This document shows positions 34,747 to 46,600 of a DNA stretch of 64,000 nucleotides, piece by piece. The stretch lies in the NCBI GenBank assembly GCA_964252035.1, contig OZ176200.1; one strand, given 5' to 3'. The DNA comes from Podarcis erhardii (taxonomy: Eukaryota). The notes under the pieces are model-generated. The model saw only the letters and a program-made list of their open reading frames with translations. It ran no database searches and was not told where the DNA came from. Within the stretch, counting starts at the first letter, position 1; every line of letters begins with the position of its first letter. The position numbers and the translations under genes were made by a program.

Positions 34747-37635
34747 AATGCTCTATCCCATGCTAAGGGGTTGCCCCGATTCACATTCTTCAGGCAGGAG
34801 ATGGAGCTCTGGTGGTGCAGACTGAATGGAGAAACTCACCTCTACCCTTTGTTTGAGTAAGCTGTTTGTTTGCTCTTCCTATCTTGTGGGAGCTTTCTAC
34901 AGGTGGGGGCGGGATCAGGATTCTTATTTGAGATGCCTACACACTGATCAGGTCTATTGTGCTGCTTTTGGGAGGCTCAGGAAAAGCAGGACCCCCTTCT
35001 CCTACATTAAACGGCATCTGATGAAATTTGTTTGGTTGACGATCACAATGGATAATTGTGTAAACATATTCTAGAAATAATGCCTGATAGTAATGGAGAG
35101 GGGAAGCACAGGGTACACAGAGAGTACATTTTAAGGTTTCAGTCATGGTTGTACCTTATAAGAGACACAGGTTTGTATGGCATTTTAATAGTAGTTATGA
35201 ACTGGTTGTTGTGTTCACATTACTGACTAATTTAATATTGGCTATGTTGAAAATCTTGTTAGGCATTTATGCATTGTTGGTGTTATAATCTTTGTCTATG
35301 GGAATCCTGTGGGCTTAGTTGGAATAAAGTTTGTGAATAATTAATGTGAACCAATTTTCTCTAGTTCAAATAATAATTATACCAAGAAATAAAGAAATAC
35401 AGCAATGGTTTCCATTGTATCTTTGAGTAGCCACCCAGTGGAGTTCTTCTATGTGATCTGGAGGTTGGTCACTCCTGACAGGGGCCAGATCTCTGCAGTA
35501 CACAGTGTCTAGCTGGAACTGGTTGACTTAGCACTTCCAGGATAAAGTTGCTTGGCTCTGCAGTGATGAAGATGCTGCTCTTGTGACAGTGTCAGCCAAG
35601 GTGTCCAATGAGTCATGAACCTATGTTGGGAGGTAATACTAAGCTAAACCATATTCCTTAGCTATTCTACAGGTCCATCACATATGATAGAAAGTTCCTT
35701 CCATATTATTACATTTCCAACAATCACCTGACTCCAGTGAGATCACAGTGGAGGCAGTGCAGCTGGTGGTGAGCCCATGGGACACCATCTCTTGGACTTC
35801 TGTTGCCCAAGGCAACTGCTTCAGCCTACCTTATGGATGGGCCAGCCCTGCTGATTAGGCAGCAGATCAAGGCAAGCATGTCCAAGGGAGCAATCACATC
35901 CACATCCAAGCCTCTTAGACCCCACATGGCTGTTAAAGTGAATGTGAATATGGAGAACTCTATATTGTTAAGGGTGCTCAAAGTTGTTAGGAGATAGAAG
36001 TACAATTCCCAGCACCTGTAACAAATTATAGTTCCTGGCATGATGTGTGTGGGGGGGGAGCACATTACAGTTTAAATGGTATAAGAGAGCTGTTGGTGTG
36101 GATGTGAATGGTAGGAAGCAGGCCCCATGAGGAACTGGTCATAAATAGGGCATCACACATCCACTCAGCTGCAAACCATTATTTATGGCAATATTTCCAT
36201 ACAGATGCCAACCATTTGGAGGGCATTTTTCTAGTTTGTTGTGAAAGACTGTGCCAAACCTAAGACTGGGTTTGAAATCCATAGAAAACTGACAAAACAG
36301 GGAAGAGAACTTCAACAATAACAGACTTCGCATACGAGAACAAAGGCAAAGTGGAATAATGGAAGCACACAAAACAAACTAAGTGATTATGAGAGGAAAC
36401 AACCAAAGCAAGGCATCAAAAATAAAGGCAACATGTTAGTACAGATTGATCCAGGGCTGTAATTCAATGAAGCTGCCTTATCTATTGACTTGCTGCGTAG
36501 TTTGTGTGAATTGCTGTCGTTGGTCCACTTTCCAACCTGCACAAGTATTATAAAGACAATTATATCCTATCTGAATAGTTTTTGAAGCCTCTGGTTGGAA
36601 ATGACTGTGTAAAAGCTAGGTGCTATTACAGCTGGAAATTGTCAAAACATGATGTGATTTTGTTCCCTGTTGCAGATGCAGTCTCCTTGAATTGCTGTGT
36701 AAAGTAAGCCACTCTTGTGTTGAAAGATGCTCTCTCCCCCCTCTCTCTTTTTGCTATTGCAGGGAGCATTTCTGCTTTCCGGTCTGATAAAAGCCGTCCT
36801 GCCAACCTAGCTTGGCAAATTTTTCATACTGAGGTTGCTTTTGCATTCTTTAAGAGCAGCGACTGTGCTATAGAGCATCTGAAGATGTAAGCATTTTTTG
36901 GCACAAAGGAATCAAAGAGAAGTTATGATAATCATTGAAGGTTCAGAAATCCATGGGAAACCAGAAGAGTGCACACAGGCTGGGATAATTGTGTCTGTAT
37001 AATACAAATGGAAATCTGTTTAAAAGTGTCTGGGAGTTACCAGGTGAATCTATTTTATTTTTTTGGTTTGTGTAAAAGGAGTCACTTATGTAGATAGCAA
37101 GGAATTTCTCTACTTGCATTTCCAATATTATATATTGAGCGGTGGAGAGGTGTATTATTTTTAATTACGTGTGTATGTGTGAGTGAGAATTAACAGCAGT
37201 TATTATCTGCTTCCTCTTCTCTTCCAGCAAGAATTATGGACAGTTTTCTACCAGTACAGTTGAGGTTGCATGCAGTTTTTATGCTCAGGTAACCAATATT
37301 TCTAAGGATCACACTGAATTATACCTGGTTTGGGGGCGGGGGCTGATTCAGATGTTGCACCACTTTTTATACTTGCCAGCATCTATAGTTGTGAGGTGGG
37401 CATAACATGTCAGTGGAGAGTCTATAGACTTCTGCTATACCATGGTCTCAAAGATTCCAAAATGTTAAAGTCTGTGTGCTTTCTTAGCGCACATTGTATG
37501 ATGCTTATACGAACAATGAGCTTAGTAATACAAAAATGGTTGGAAGTCTTCCATGTGAGCATAGAAAGCAGTTTGTGAGTGCAGATGGTAATGTTTGAAC
37601 TGGCCTTTATAATGTCACACAAGGTAGGCTTGATT

Positions 37636-37714
37636 TCATAGAATCATAAAACTCCAGAGTTGGAAGGGGCCCCTGAGGATCGTCTCATCCAACCCCCTGC
37701 AATGCTGGAATCTC
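37636..37714 (-). mobile_element. tRNA-Lys/CR1-tail SINE 3' fragment
   Basis: TCATAGAATCATA...GAGTTGGAAGGG...TCCAACCCCCTGCAATGC matches the reverse complement of 28190-28260. Confidence 0.7.
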
Positions 37715-39533
37715 AACACGTTTCCCCATCCAATTTGAAACCATACCAGACCCTGCTTAGCTTTGCAAATGTGCTAGCAGTGTTGTTGCTTCACCACATT
37801 TGCAGGCACCATTAACAAAAAGAAAATATTTAGTGATTTGAGACAATAAACATATACAAGTCAAGTCAACATAGAATGCAACCAAGAGCCATGTACCAAT
37901 AGTATTACTCGTAATGGCTTCACTTTTTTCACTTTCATAAGATCTAAAGGGTATTACAGTGACAGGTTAACAAATCTATACTGTTGACACTTTGCAACAG
38001 GAGTACAGAACCTGTGATCACCCAGATGTGATTGGACTGCATCTCCCATCATCCCTGACCATTGGGAGTTGGACTCCAACCAGCAACATCTCTATGTCTG
38101 CAAGTTCCCTACCCTTATTTCACACACTGTTTGGCTGTAGGTTAAGAAATTTCCTGATTATGCAGTGACCAATTACATTATACACTCAATTACTTACCTA
38201 GGCATTAGTATTCCTAGCAAGGCTTACTGGCCATGCCAGACATTACTTGCTCTCTGCATGCCTATGATTTGGGAAGTGTACCAATTAGTTATCTGGGATG
38301 AGATGATCATTCAAATATAATGATCAAAATGAAGGTTACACAAATTGATTCTGGACAGGCTGTGCTTCATTTGTTTACTTGAAGTTTTGAAGAGTTCCCA
38401 ATACATAATCAAGGCTGAAATGAAACCAGTTCTCACACACCAGCAGAACTAACACAGGTTGTACTGAGGGTATCTTCCTTCTCCAAGCCTGCCCAAGGAC
38501 TAGAAAAAATGGCAAAAAGCTATGATCGTGTTGGACTATGTATTTGGCACTGTGAGCTTCAGTGGAAATGTATACCAGGCTGGTGAGACATCACTAATAG
38601 CATTAAAAGCACAATTGCCCTGCTGCCATATACTTTTTAACCAATAAAGCTGCTAATGGTGGAACCCAATGGCACAAGTATTTCCCTGTTTCATACCACA
38701 ATATTGAAGCAATCTGAAGCATGCTTATTTGGGAGTTAAATCCCTTAGAATTTAGTGGAGCTTGTGTGTGACTTAGCAGGATCTTAAGGTGCATTCTTAA
38801 GCATCTTAACAATATGATCCTAACAATGTTTCTTCATAAGTAAACCCCACTGAATTCAGTTGTATGTAGTTCTGAGTAAGAAACCTAGGCCAGCAGTCAT
38901 ACTTGAAAATAAAGTTGTATTTAAATTGGTGGAACTTCATTCTAAGTAAATGTGTTAATCTGGGTGTCTGAACAAATGAAAGCACCCTATTAACATTTCA
39001 TGGATGTGTTTCTAGTATGTCAATTATGCCAAGTTATATAGACACAAATCCTTGATGGCTGCTGCACACTGCAGAACTCCTGCCCTTAGGCTCTCAGACA
39101 CTAATATTATTTCTTTAAAACATTATTTGTGTGGCTTGTATTTTTATTTGAATAATTTATATGCTTTTACTTTGAAGAATTGCAACTGGTCCCTAGCCCT
39201 CCTTTTTGGTGGGCTAGCAATCAAAATAATGTCTTTTAAAAGTGGGTGCATAGTGAATGTAATAATAATGACTTTCTAGAAGTTTTCCTTGGTTCTGTAT
39301 TTACTCATTTCTATATTTTGCATTACACAACTTACACAAATTGGGGAGCTTGATTGTTGCCTTTTCCCATTTCAACACACTTCTGTTGGGCTGAACATTC
39401 TGGGTTGCATCCAGTCATACTTGGAGATCAATGAGATCAATAGTCCTAAGTTATTGTAATGTCCGAGTATGACTTAGCTGAATACAGCTAACTCTCCTAA
39501 ATTTCCCTGACGAGGTGCTAGTTAAGCCTGTTT

Positions 39534-39788
39534 TAGGGTTGCCATATTTCAAAAGGTAAAAACTAGGACACCCCAAAAGTTGTTGAGTGTTTTAGGAAAC
39601 CACCGAAATTGTTGAACTTTTTAAAGGAAAACCCAAAAGTTGTTGAGCTGTCTTTTTATTAAAACACAAAAAACCCGTGATTTTTTGGTATATTTGCCGA
39701 AGATCCAGGACAAACCGCCACCCAGATGTCACTTCTGCCTTTGAAATCCTGGTAATGTCTGGGAAAATCCGGACATATGGCAGCCCTA
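39534..39788. mobile_element. hAT-like MITE (TAGGGTTGCC termini)
   Basis: TIR TAGGGTTGCCATAT / ATATGGCAGCCCTA (13/14). Internal AAAAGTTGTTGA repeats. No clean TSD. Confidence 0.65.
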
Positions 39789-41969
39789 GTTTTTAAGTAC
39801 CTGCAAATCAGAACATTCCTGTGCCTGTATCTGGACTATGGATCTGGGATGCCTAACATTGTTCCCCTGTCACTAACAGAGAAGCCAAAGCACATTCTCA
39901 CAATCTCTTTCATTTTATATGCGTATATGGCAAGTATGGGAAACATGTGGCCGTACAGGTGCCTTTGGACTCCAGCTAGTGTTGGTCGGGCAAAATAAAG
40001 AACAGGTTGGGCAAAATACAGGACAGGACAGGGTGGGGGGAGGGATTGAGGGGCTAAAAATTACTTCACTGGGTAGAGAAATGACTTCAAAGAAATCAAT
40101 TACAATGGCACATGGGGGTTACAGTGGTTTATTCAATGAAAACAACAAAAGCACTCGCTCTCTGATCCACCTGCCTCTGTCTGTGCATAAACTCCTTCCC
40201 AATCCCCCCTGCTCTCCACTGGGTGGATGGACAGACCAGGCCCGTGCAACACCCCTCTTTCTCCAGGACTTACCCTCTGCCCGCAAAAAAACCCTCTCTC
40301 TCAAACTCCTCCTCCTGGCCCACCCCACTCTCTGCTCACCACCCCACAATAACTCTTGCTCTCATTCTCCATCTCATGGACCCACCCTCCCCATACAAAC
40401 TCCTGCTCAGGCTCTCCCTCTCCTCTCCCACCGGATCCAACCTCTGCTTGCACAATTTTGAGGATGAGAATGAGCTTAAATACATGAAAAAACGGACGGG
40501 TGGCAACCCTAACTCTCTCTCCCATCATCCCTGTCCGTTAGCCATGCTGGCAGGGGCAGATGGGAGTTGGAGTCCAACAACATTTGGAAAGTCACAGGTT
40601 CTCTATTCCTGGCATACAGGGTAGCTAACTTGGTACCTTCAAGATTTTGCTATTGCTTCCATCATACCTGACCACTGGTCATGCTGGCTGGGGCTGATAT
40701 GTATAAGTTCCCAGGTTCAATACCTGGAGCTACTTGTTCAAGGACTTGAGGTAGCAAGGCTTAAAAAGACTGTGTGTGCTTGAGACCTCGGAAGAGAGTT
40801 GTTGCCAATTAGAAGAGTCTGTACTCAATTTAATGGCATGCTATAAGGCAGGTTGTAAAGTGCTTCTGCCATTTTAGGGGTATTTGTGCAATGGGATATA
40901 TGTAGAAGGTAATGTTTTACAGAACTATGATATTGCAGGGAATATCCATCCTAGGCATGGCTATCCTAGAAGCATTTTGAGGTGTTTGATAGCGTCTGGC
41001 ACTTGGGTGTTCATTTGTTTTTACTGCCATGGAGCAGTGGGGTGCCTTGTTGTATAGGATTCTGTGAGAGGCCGCTTGTTCTGTGGGGCTTAGAAGCTCT
41101 TTTATGGAGATGTGAGAGGCACCACGTGTGCGACAGAGATGCTTTTCAAAACAAATCTGCAAGGTGCCTGCGATCTTATAGTGGGGTTCTTGAAGCTGTA
41201 CATGTGCCAGTCAGGTAGGCTGGTCTAACTGTAACACTGGGAAATGAAGGCTGGGTACACACCCTTGTTTACTCTGCACCCAGTGTGCTTCCAACAGTGG
41301 CTTGGGAAGCAGTGTACACATGACGTTTGCCACAATCCATATCTGTTCTGTTGTTTTCCTTATCATGTTTTTAATATTCTGTTGGGAGCCACCCAGGGTA
41401 TTATTATTATTCCTTATGAAATACTGCATTTCGATGCACTTTCCCCACAAACTACCTTCAACTCAACTTGAGGAAAAGAACAATCTAGCTGTGTTTTAAA
41501 CCAGTCATGTTTACACAAAATAATGGATGCAGTCCTAAACTCCACTTACCAGGGAATAAGCTTAATTGAATTAAAAAGGATTTACTGCTGAGTACACATG
41601 GCCAGGATTTCAGTGTAAATTACCAAGAAACTGCTGCTGTTTTCGTTTTTTGTAATGTTCAAGACCAGAAGAGTTTCTAGAAAAAATAAATATAAATGAT
41701 AAGCCGAGATATGTCCATAGACATTTTAAACCAACAAGCAGTTTGCATGCCCACCCCCAGTGTTTATTTACAAAACATGAAGAAAAAGCCCTGCCCCCTT
41801 CCAGGTATGCTAACAAAATCTTAACCAAGCATCTACATCCCCCCCTCTGCTTTGCTCACCCCGGTTATTTTGAAACGATTACCAGTCAGAATGAGATTTG
41901 AAGCAGCGATTGCTCTGCTCAGACCTCAGGCTCTTAGTCTCTGCAGAGGAAGCATCTACTGCTACCCCA

Positions 41970-42860
41970 CAGAGGACGCCCGCCGTGCCGCGCCCCCCTT
42001 CCTATGCCAATTCGGATTAGACTACACCCTGCAGCAGACGTGTTAATCCGATACTTCTTCCCACCAGTTTCCTCGCCCGTTACCCAACGACCTGAGCCGC
42101 CGGAGAGACTACACTTCCCAGCATACACCTCGGCCGCTCCGCGCTCCGCTCCAGTGTAGCAGGATTTTCCCTGTGGATTGCGCATGCCTAGCCAGACGTG
42201 GCAGCAGCAGCAGCCGCCAGAGCCAGCAGCTCCTCGTTCTGCCAGCGCGAGCGGCAGTCGGTGATGGGTCTGGCGGGGCGCAGCTTTGGGAGGACGAAGT
42301 GCTTCGCAGGGAGGATGTTGCTGCTGGCCCTCTTGGTAAGTGGCTGTTGCTGGGAAGCGGCTTCTGCTGCGGAGGGGCGTTTCGTGAAGGACGCGCGGGG
42401 CGGCGGAGGGCGGGGGCGAGCTGTCCGGGGCACTTGGGCTGGTACACTGGTTCTGCTGGTGGTGGTGAGAACTGGTGATTCTGGAGGCGCCGGGCTCCGT
42501 GTGTGCTTGCGTGTTTGCACACAGCTCGCCTGTCAAAGTGAAAGCGGCAGGCTCACATTGCTTAGGTGGCAGAAGTTAAAACTTCTTCGGCCTTTGGAAA
42601 GCGGGCGGGCGGGCGGGCAGGCGGGGTTTATGTATGTGTGTGTGTGCAAATACCTCACGAGAGGAGCCGTTGCTTGCAAAGGCTCGCGCTGCTTTCCTTT
42701 CCTTTGCTGCCTGCCACGCTTGCGAGAACCCCGTGGCCGGTTGTTGGTGAGTTGGAGGAAACCCGGCTGCTCCAAGGCAGGCTAGTTGCCGGCTGATTTA
42801 TGCCTCCACTGCCACTTAACGCTCGGGTCCTTTATCAGTCCCGAGCTCAGGTTCTCCGGC
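41970..42860. promoter_or_regulatory. CpG island / promoter of gene B
   Basis: CpG-dense block with an NRF1-like TGCGCATGCC (42179-42188), GC boxes (~42410-42418) and a (GGGC)n run (42603-42626). Confidence 0.9.
42264..42335 (+). CDS. Coding exon 1 of an unidentified secreted or type I membrane protein (MGLAGRSFGRTKCFAGRMLLLALL, phase-0 intron)
   Basis: ATG in strong context (G at -3, G at +4) inside the CpG island. 24 codons give a basic n-region followed by a hydrophobic run, ending at a perfect donor TTG|GTAAGT (42336). No convincing exon 2 in the window. Confidence 0.7.
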
Positions 42861-42937
42861 TGCATGTTTTACATTGCTGTTTCTGGGATGATTATACAAT
42901 ATTTCCTGTAGAGCAGCATTGTTACTATTTCTCTCTC

Positions 42938-43106
42938 TAAGTCAGTTCTTGGTATGAGCTTTCGTGTGCATGCACACTTCTTCTGAAGAAGTGTGCATGC
43001 ACACGAAAGCTCATACCAAGAACTGACTTAGTTGGTCTTTAAGGTGCTACTGGAAGGAATTTGTTTTGTTTTGACTATGGCAGACCAACACGGCTACCTA
43101 TCTGTA
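42938..43106 (+). mobile_element. Penelope-like retroelement remnant (inverted plus direct terminal-repeat fragment)
   Basis: Perfect 46-bp inverted repeat (42938-42983 / 42985-43030) followed by GTTGGTCTTTAAGGTGCTACTGG...CAGACCAACACGGCTACC. 14-bp TSD ACTATTTCTCTCTC (42924-42937, 43107-43120). Confidence 0.85.
42983..43017 (+). ncRNA. Minimal type I hammerhead-ribozyme core (Penelope-associated); normal stem I 5' strand missing
   Basis: CTGAAGA (42983-89), extra A, stem II GTGTG-catg-CACAC, GAAA (43005-08), palindromic AGCT stem III, UH site at C43012, then ATACC. Confidence 0.65.
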
Positions 43107-43380
43107 ACTATTTCTCTCTCTGTCTCTCTTGAGATTCTACAGTAGGTAGGTGTAAGTCATTCCCCTACTCTGTGAGGAAGGAGAGAGAAGTGTTGGCGAC
43201 AATGTTTGGGTTAGTTCAAATGGTTAGCTCTGAACTAAATTTTTGTGCAGAATATCAATCGACCTATTTCCTTTCCCCTTTTCTTTTTTAAATAGAAATA
43301 AAAGCAACGAACTGAATGTGCCGTGGTGAAACAAGACTTCTTCTGTAGTTCAATATTTCAGGGGTAAATAGAATGTAACT

Positions 43381-43695
43381 GTGTAATCCTATTCTACTCC
43401 AAAGCAAGTCCGTTGAGTTCAGGGAGACTTGCTCCCAGGGAAGGACAGCAGCCTAAATACTGTTTGCTGAACAACCTGCTCTCAGAAAATGGGTTCAAGA
43501 GTGAAATGAGCACAGACAGGTCCTCTGCATGTTTACTCAAAGGATAAACCCCACTGGGACTCTCTCCCAAGTGCATACAGGCTGGGTTGCTACCATATAC
43601 ATCTTGCAATTCTAGGTGTGGCTATTCTGAAGTGTGTCTTGCTGAGTAAATTGGGACTCATTCCCTAGTCATTGTGTTTAGGATTGCAGCCTTCA
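43381..43695. repeat. Cluster of about three short palindromic dispersed repeats (possibly PIF/Harbinger MITE relics)
   Basis: Repeated units of the type GCAATCCT...GTAAGTCC..TGAGTTCA..GGGACT..CCCAG...AGGATTGCAGCC. Related copies occur across the window, e.g. 50851-50943. Confidence 0.5.
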
Positions 43696-46600
43696 TTTTT
43701 GTGAAAAGAATAAAAGTCACAGAGTTAGGAGATAAGATGACTTGAGAGATGTGTGTATATATAGCTCAGTAACGTATAAATATTTCCTTTTCAGAGGTGG
43801 GTTGAGGAAGGATGGAGGGTTGACACTTAAGGCTCACATGGGTGCTCAAATTCCTGTGACCTTGCTTGCAGTGCAATGCACTTATCATTGTTTGCTTTCC
43901 ACTTCCCTTAATTCTCTTGTGTTTTTCCTACCACTGTTTCAAAACAGAAACATTTTTTTAAAAGTGTTTTTCCATTTCCACTGGAATTTTGCAGACTTCC
44001 CTTATGGCTCCTCTCAACTCTCAAATGCCTACTGTTATCCCAGAGAAGAATCTGAACTGTCTGTTGTCAATAATAAATCATTTCCATTTTTAGTGCTTGG
44101 AAGACATGGTTTGGGCTATCCACATTAGTCTGACATACCAGATTATTTTAGGTTTTGCAGTAAATGGTTTAAACTCAGACTTCATCCATTCATGGTGAAA
44201 TGTAACTTGGATTCCTTATAGAGGATGATTATATGGATATGACTGGGTGGCATTAAAATCATGAGCTTGAGAATTCTCAGATCTCTGTATGCATAGGTAC
44301 ACTTTGCACAATATGAGTTCTCCTTGAATGTGCCGAGAGAAAAAAGAGAGAGGAAACCTTGAAGTTTTGGGCATTGAGTGGGAAAGCTTTATGACAGCAC
44401 ATTCAGAAATATCTAGGTATGGTATAATTTAAATGGATGCTGTACCACAAATGGTTTAATAACACTAGCTGCTAAAGTGGAGCTTTTTTCTGTGGTGGGA
44501 AAAAAGCTTTTACAACTCTTAATTGATTCTTTAAAGAGGCTTAACATGAATAAGTCAGAAGGTTGTTTAACATGAATGCTTGCATAAATACTTCTTTTCA
44601 TTTACCCTGTGAAATTAGACTTTCTTCTTTCCCCTGACAAATAATCATAACCTAGGTAAGTTCTTAATTTTCTTACACCTGCTCAGTCAGTCAGATGTGG
44701 ACTTCTGAAACAGAGTGACATGATAGCAGTGCATTAATTTGCCTGCAACAAACAAAATGTATAATTGTGGTTGTGTTGCCATCCCCCCCCCCCCGCTCCC
44801 TTCCCCACCAATCCTTATTTGCAACCCCCACTCAACTGTCTTGGTGTGATGGACACAAATGCTGTGCCATTCATGGAAAAAGAGCTGGGTGGTTGGTTTT
44901 CACTGACCTCTTGCTTCTGACACACTTTTATTGGCTTTGAAGGAAAAACTCAAGCAACAATGCCCTCGCACACAGGTGGGGGATTTCATGATGGAAGGGT
45001 CCCTTAATAGGAGTCCTGTAGATAGAAAACTAGAAATTTGGGGAGAAGGCTCAAACTGTGTATGTGTGTATGTGTAGGGAAGAGTGTCTATTCTGAAGTG
45101 GCACAGTCTAGATACAGCTTTACTATCTCATCTGCTGTTTGGGATAATGCTAAATTAATTTCAACTGAGAAAGACTGAAACTTTTGGGCAAAGAAAGAGC
45201 CTGTGGTTATTGCTTGCAATGTTACTATATTAGGTTAACTTAACACAAATGTGCATATGTCCAACAGGAAGTGTTATATGAATTTTGGTTTCCTGCTAAG
45301 AGTACACATTCTTCCAGTCAGCTTCCAGAGCTTTGCAGAAAGTCTTAATTGAAAAAGGATTTTGTTTAATCATTTCCAAGTGGTTGGTATTTACTTCCCA
45401 CCCTCTTTTAGTATCACAGTTTGATGTGCCTCCTGGACCTGGATTTGTACTGTTTAGCCTTATTACTGCTTCCCGACTCTCCTTTTCCTATTGCATGTGG
45501 GAACTGATTTTCTTGTTCTAGATCTCCCAAGTGCAGACAGGTTGCCCTATTTGTATGGTGGTAGAACTAATAATAAAATAAAGGTTTATTTTTCCTTATA
45601 AAAACATAACTACATTTTGTTACCCAACTGGATTCCCCCCACCCCCCCAAGAAAAGATTCACTTTTGCTTGTAGAATATAGTACTAGTATAGTTTGGTTT
45701 TGAGAGAAGGTGGGTTAAGCCTTCTTGAAAGAGTCAGAATGATGTAAGTTTGCTCCTCCAGTTTCCAACTTGTGAAATGCTTCTGGATATGGGTCAGTTT
45801 GGTATTTTGGGGTGGGGGGGTGATTGATGGGTTGGATCCTATTACTACGTAGGATAGGAGTTGGATTTATCTGGACTTTCAGTTCCTTCCATCAAATTCT
45901 GGCAGAACTATTTTTTTATAAAAAGGTTGGCGAAAGTGGAGCTACTTGATGCATGATGGAATGGTGTTGTTTTTCAACATAGGGCGTCCACTATCATCTG
46001 TATGACTCAGATAGTCTTCTGTAATGGCTATTTTACAGTCCTCCATGCTGTTCTTTCATCCTGTATGTTTCAATGCCTGCCAGGTTCTGCAGTTTTTGTT
46101 AAAAAGATTCTCCTGTACCCTGAACCAGGAATCAATACCCTATCCCAATATTAATATTTGCTACTGATCTCTCTTCTTGAAAGGGAACATCATCTACCTT
46201 TTCCATGTGCAAAATTCCCACTGTGGCCTTTTGTTTTTAGGATTGTTCAAGATCTGTTCTCAGACATGCAAGTCCTGTCGCTCTTCTCATAACCCTTTTA
46301 TTGCAGTCTTGCCCTTTCTGAAATGAGGTGAATATTACATGATAAGGTTAAATTACACGATGCTATTGCAGATTATCCTTATTATTCTCTATCTTCTTTG
46401 TCTAGCCCCAGATTTCCTTTGCTACTCTTATGCTTGAGCTTAGGTTGGTTCAGCCAATTTCGCTCCAACAATGTATACAATTAAATGCTACTTCTGAATT
46501 GTACTGTTTTGAATTTATATACCTGTATTAGCTTGGCATCATTTTGTAACAGATTTAGCTTTTTATAATTTAATACATATTTGATACTCTTGCTGCATCT

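Noticed and set aside
35014-35025. GCATCTGATGAA resembling a Penelope hammerhead start
   Set aside because: No stem II or GAAA box follows; treated as chance.
42264-42335. Gene symbol assignment (PTGFRN with IGSF3 as gene A, TNFRSF21, NGFR, DSC2, HSPG2 and CD40 considered)
   Set aside because: None matched in sequence, intron phase and neighbourhood together, and no diagnostic downstream exon is in the window.
41934-42785. Long ORFs of 195-200 aa on both strands across the gene B island
   Set aside because: Stop-poor GC-rich sequence. The plus ORF reads through a perfect donor at 42336 into (GT)n intronic sequence, so only 42264-42335 is credited as coding.
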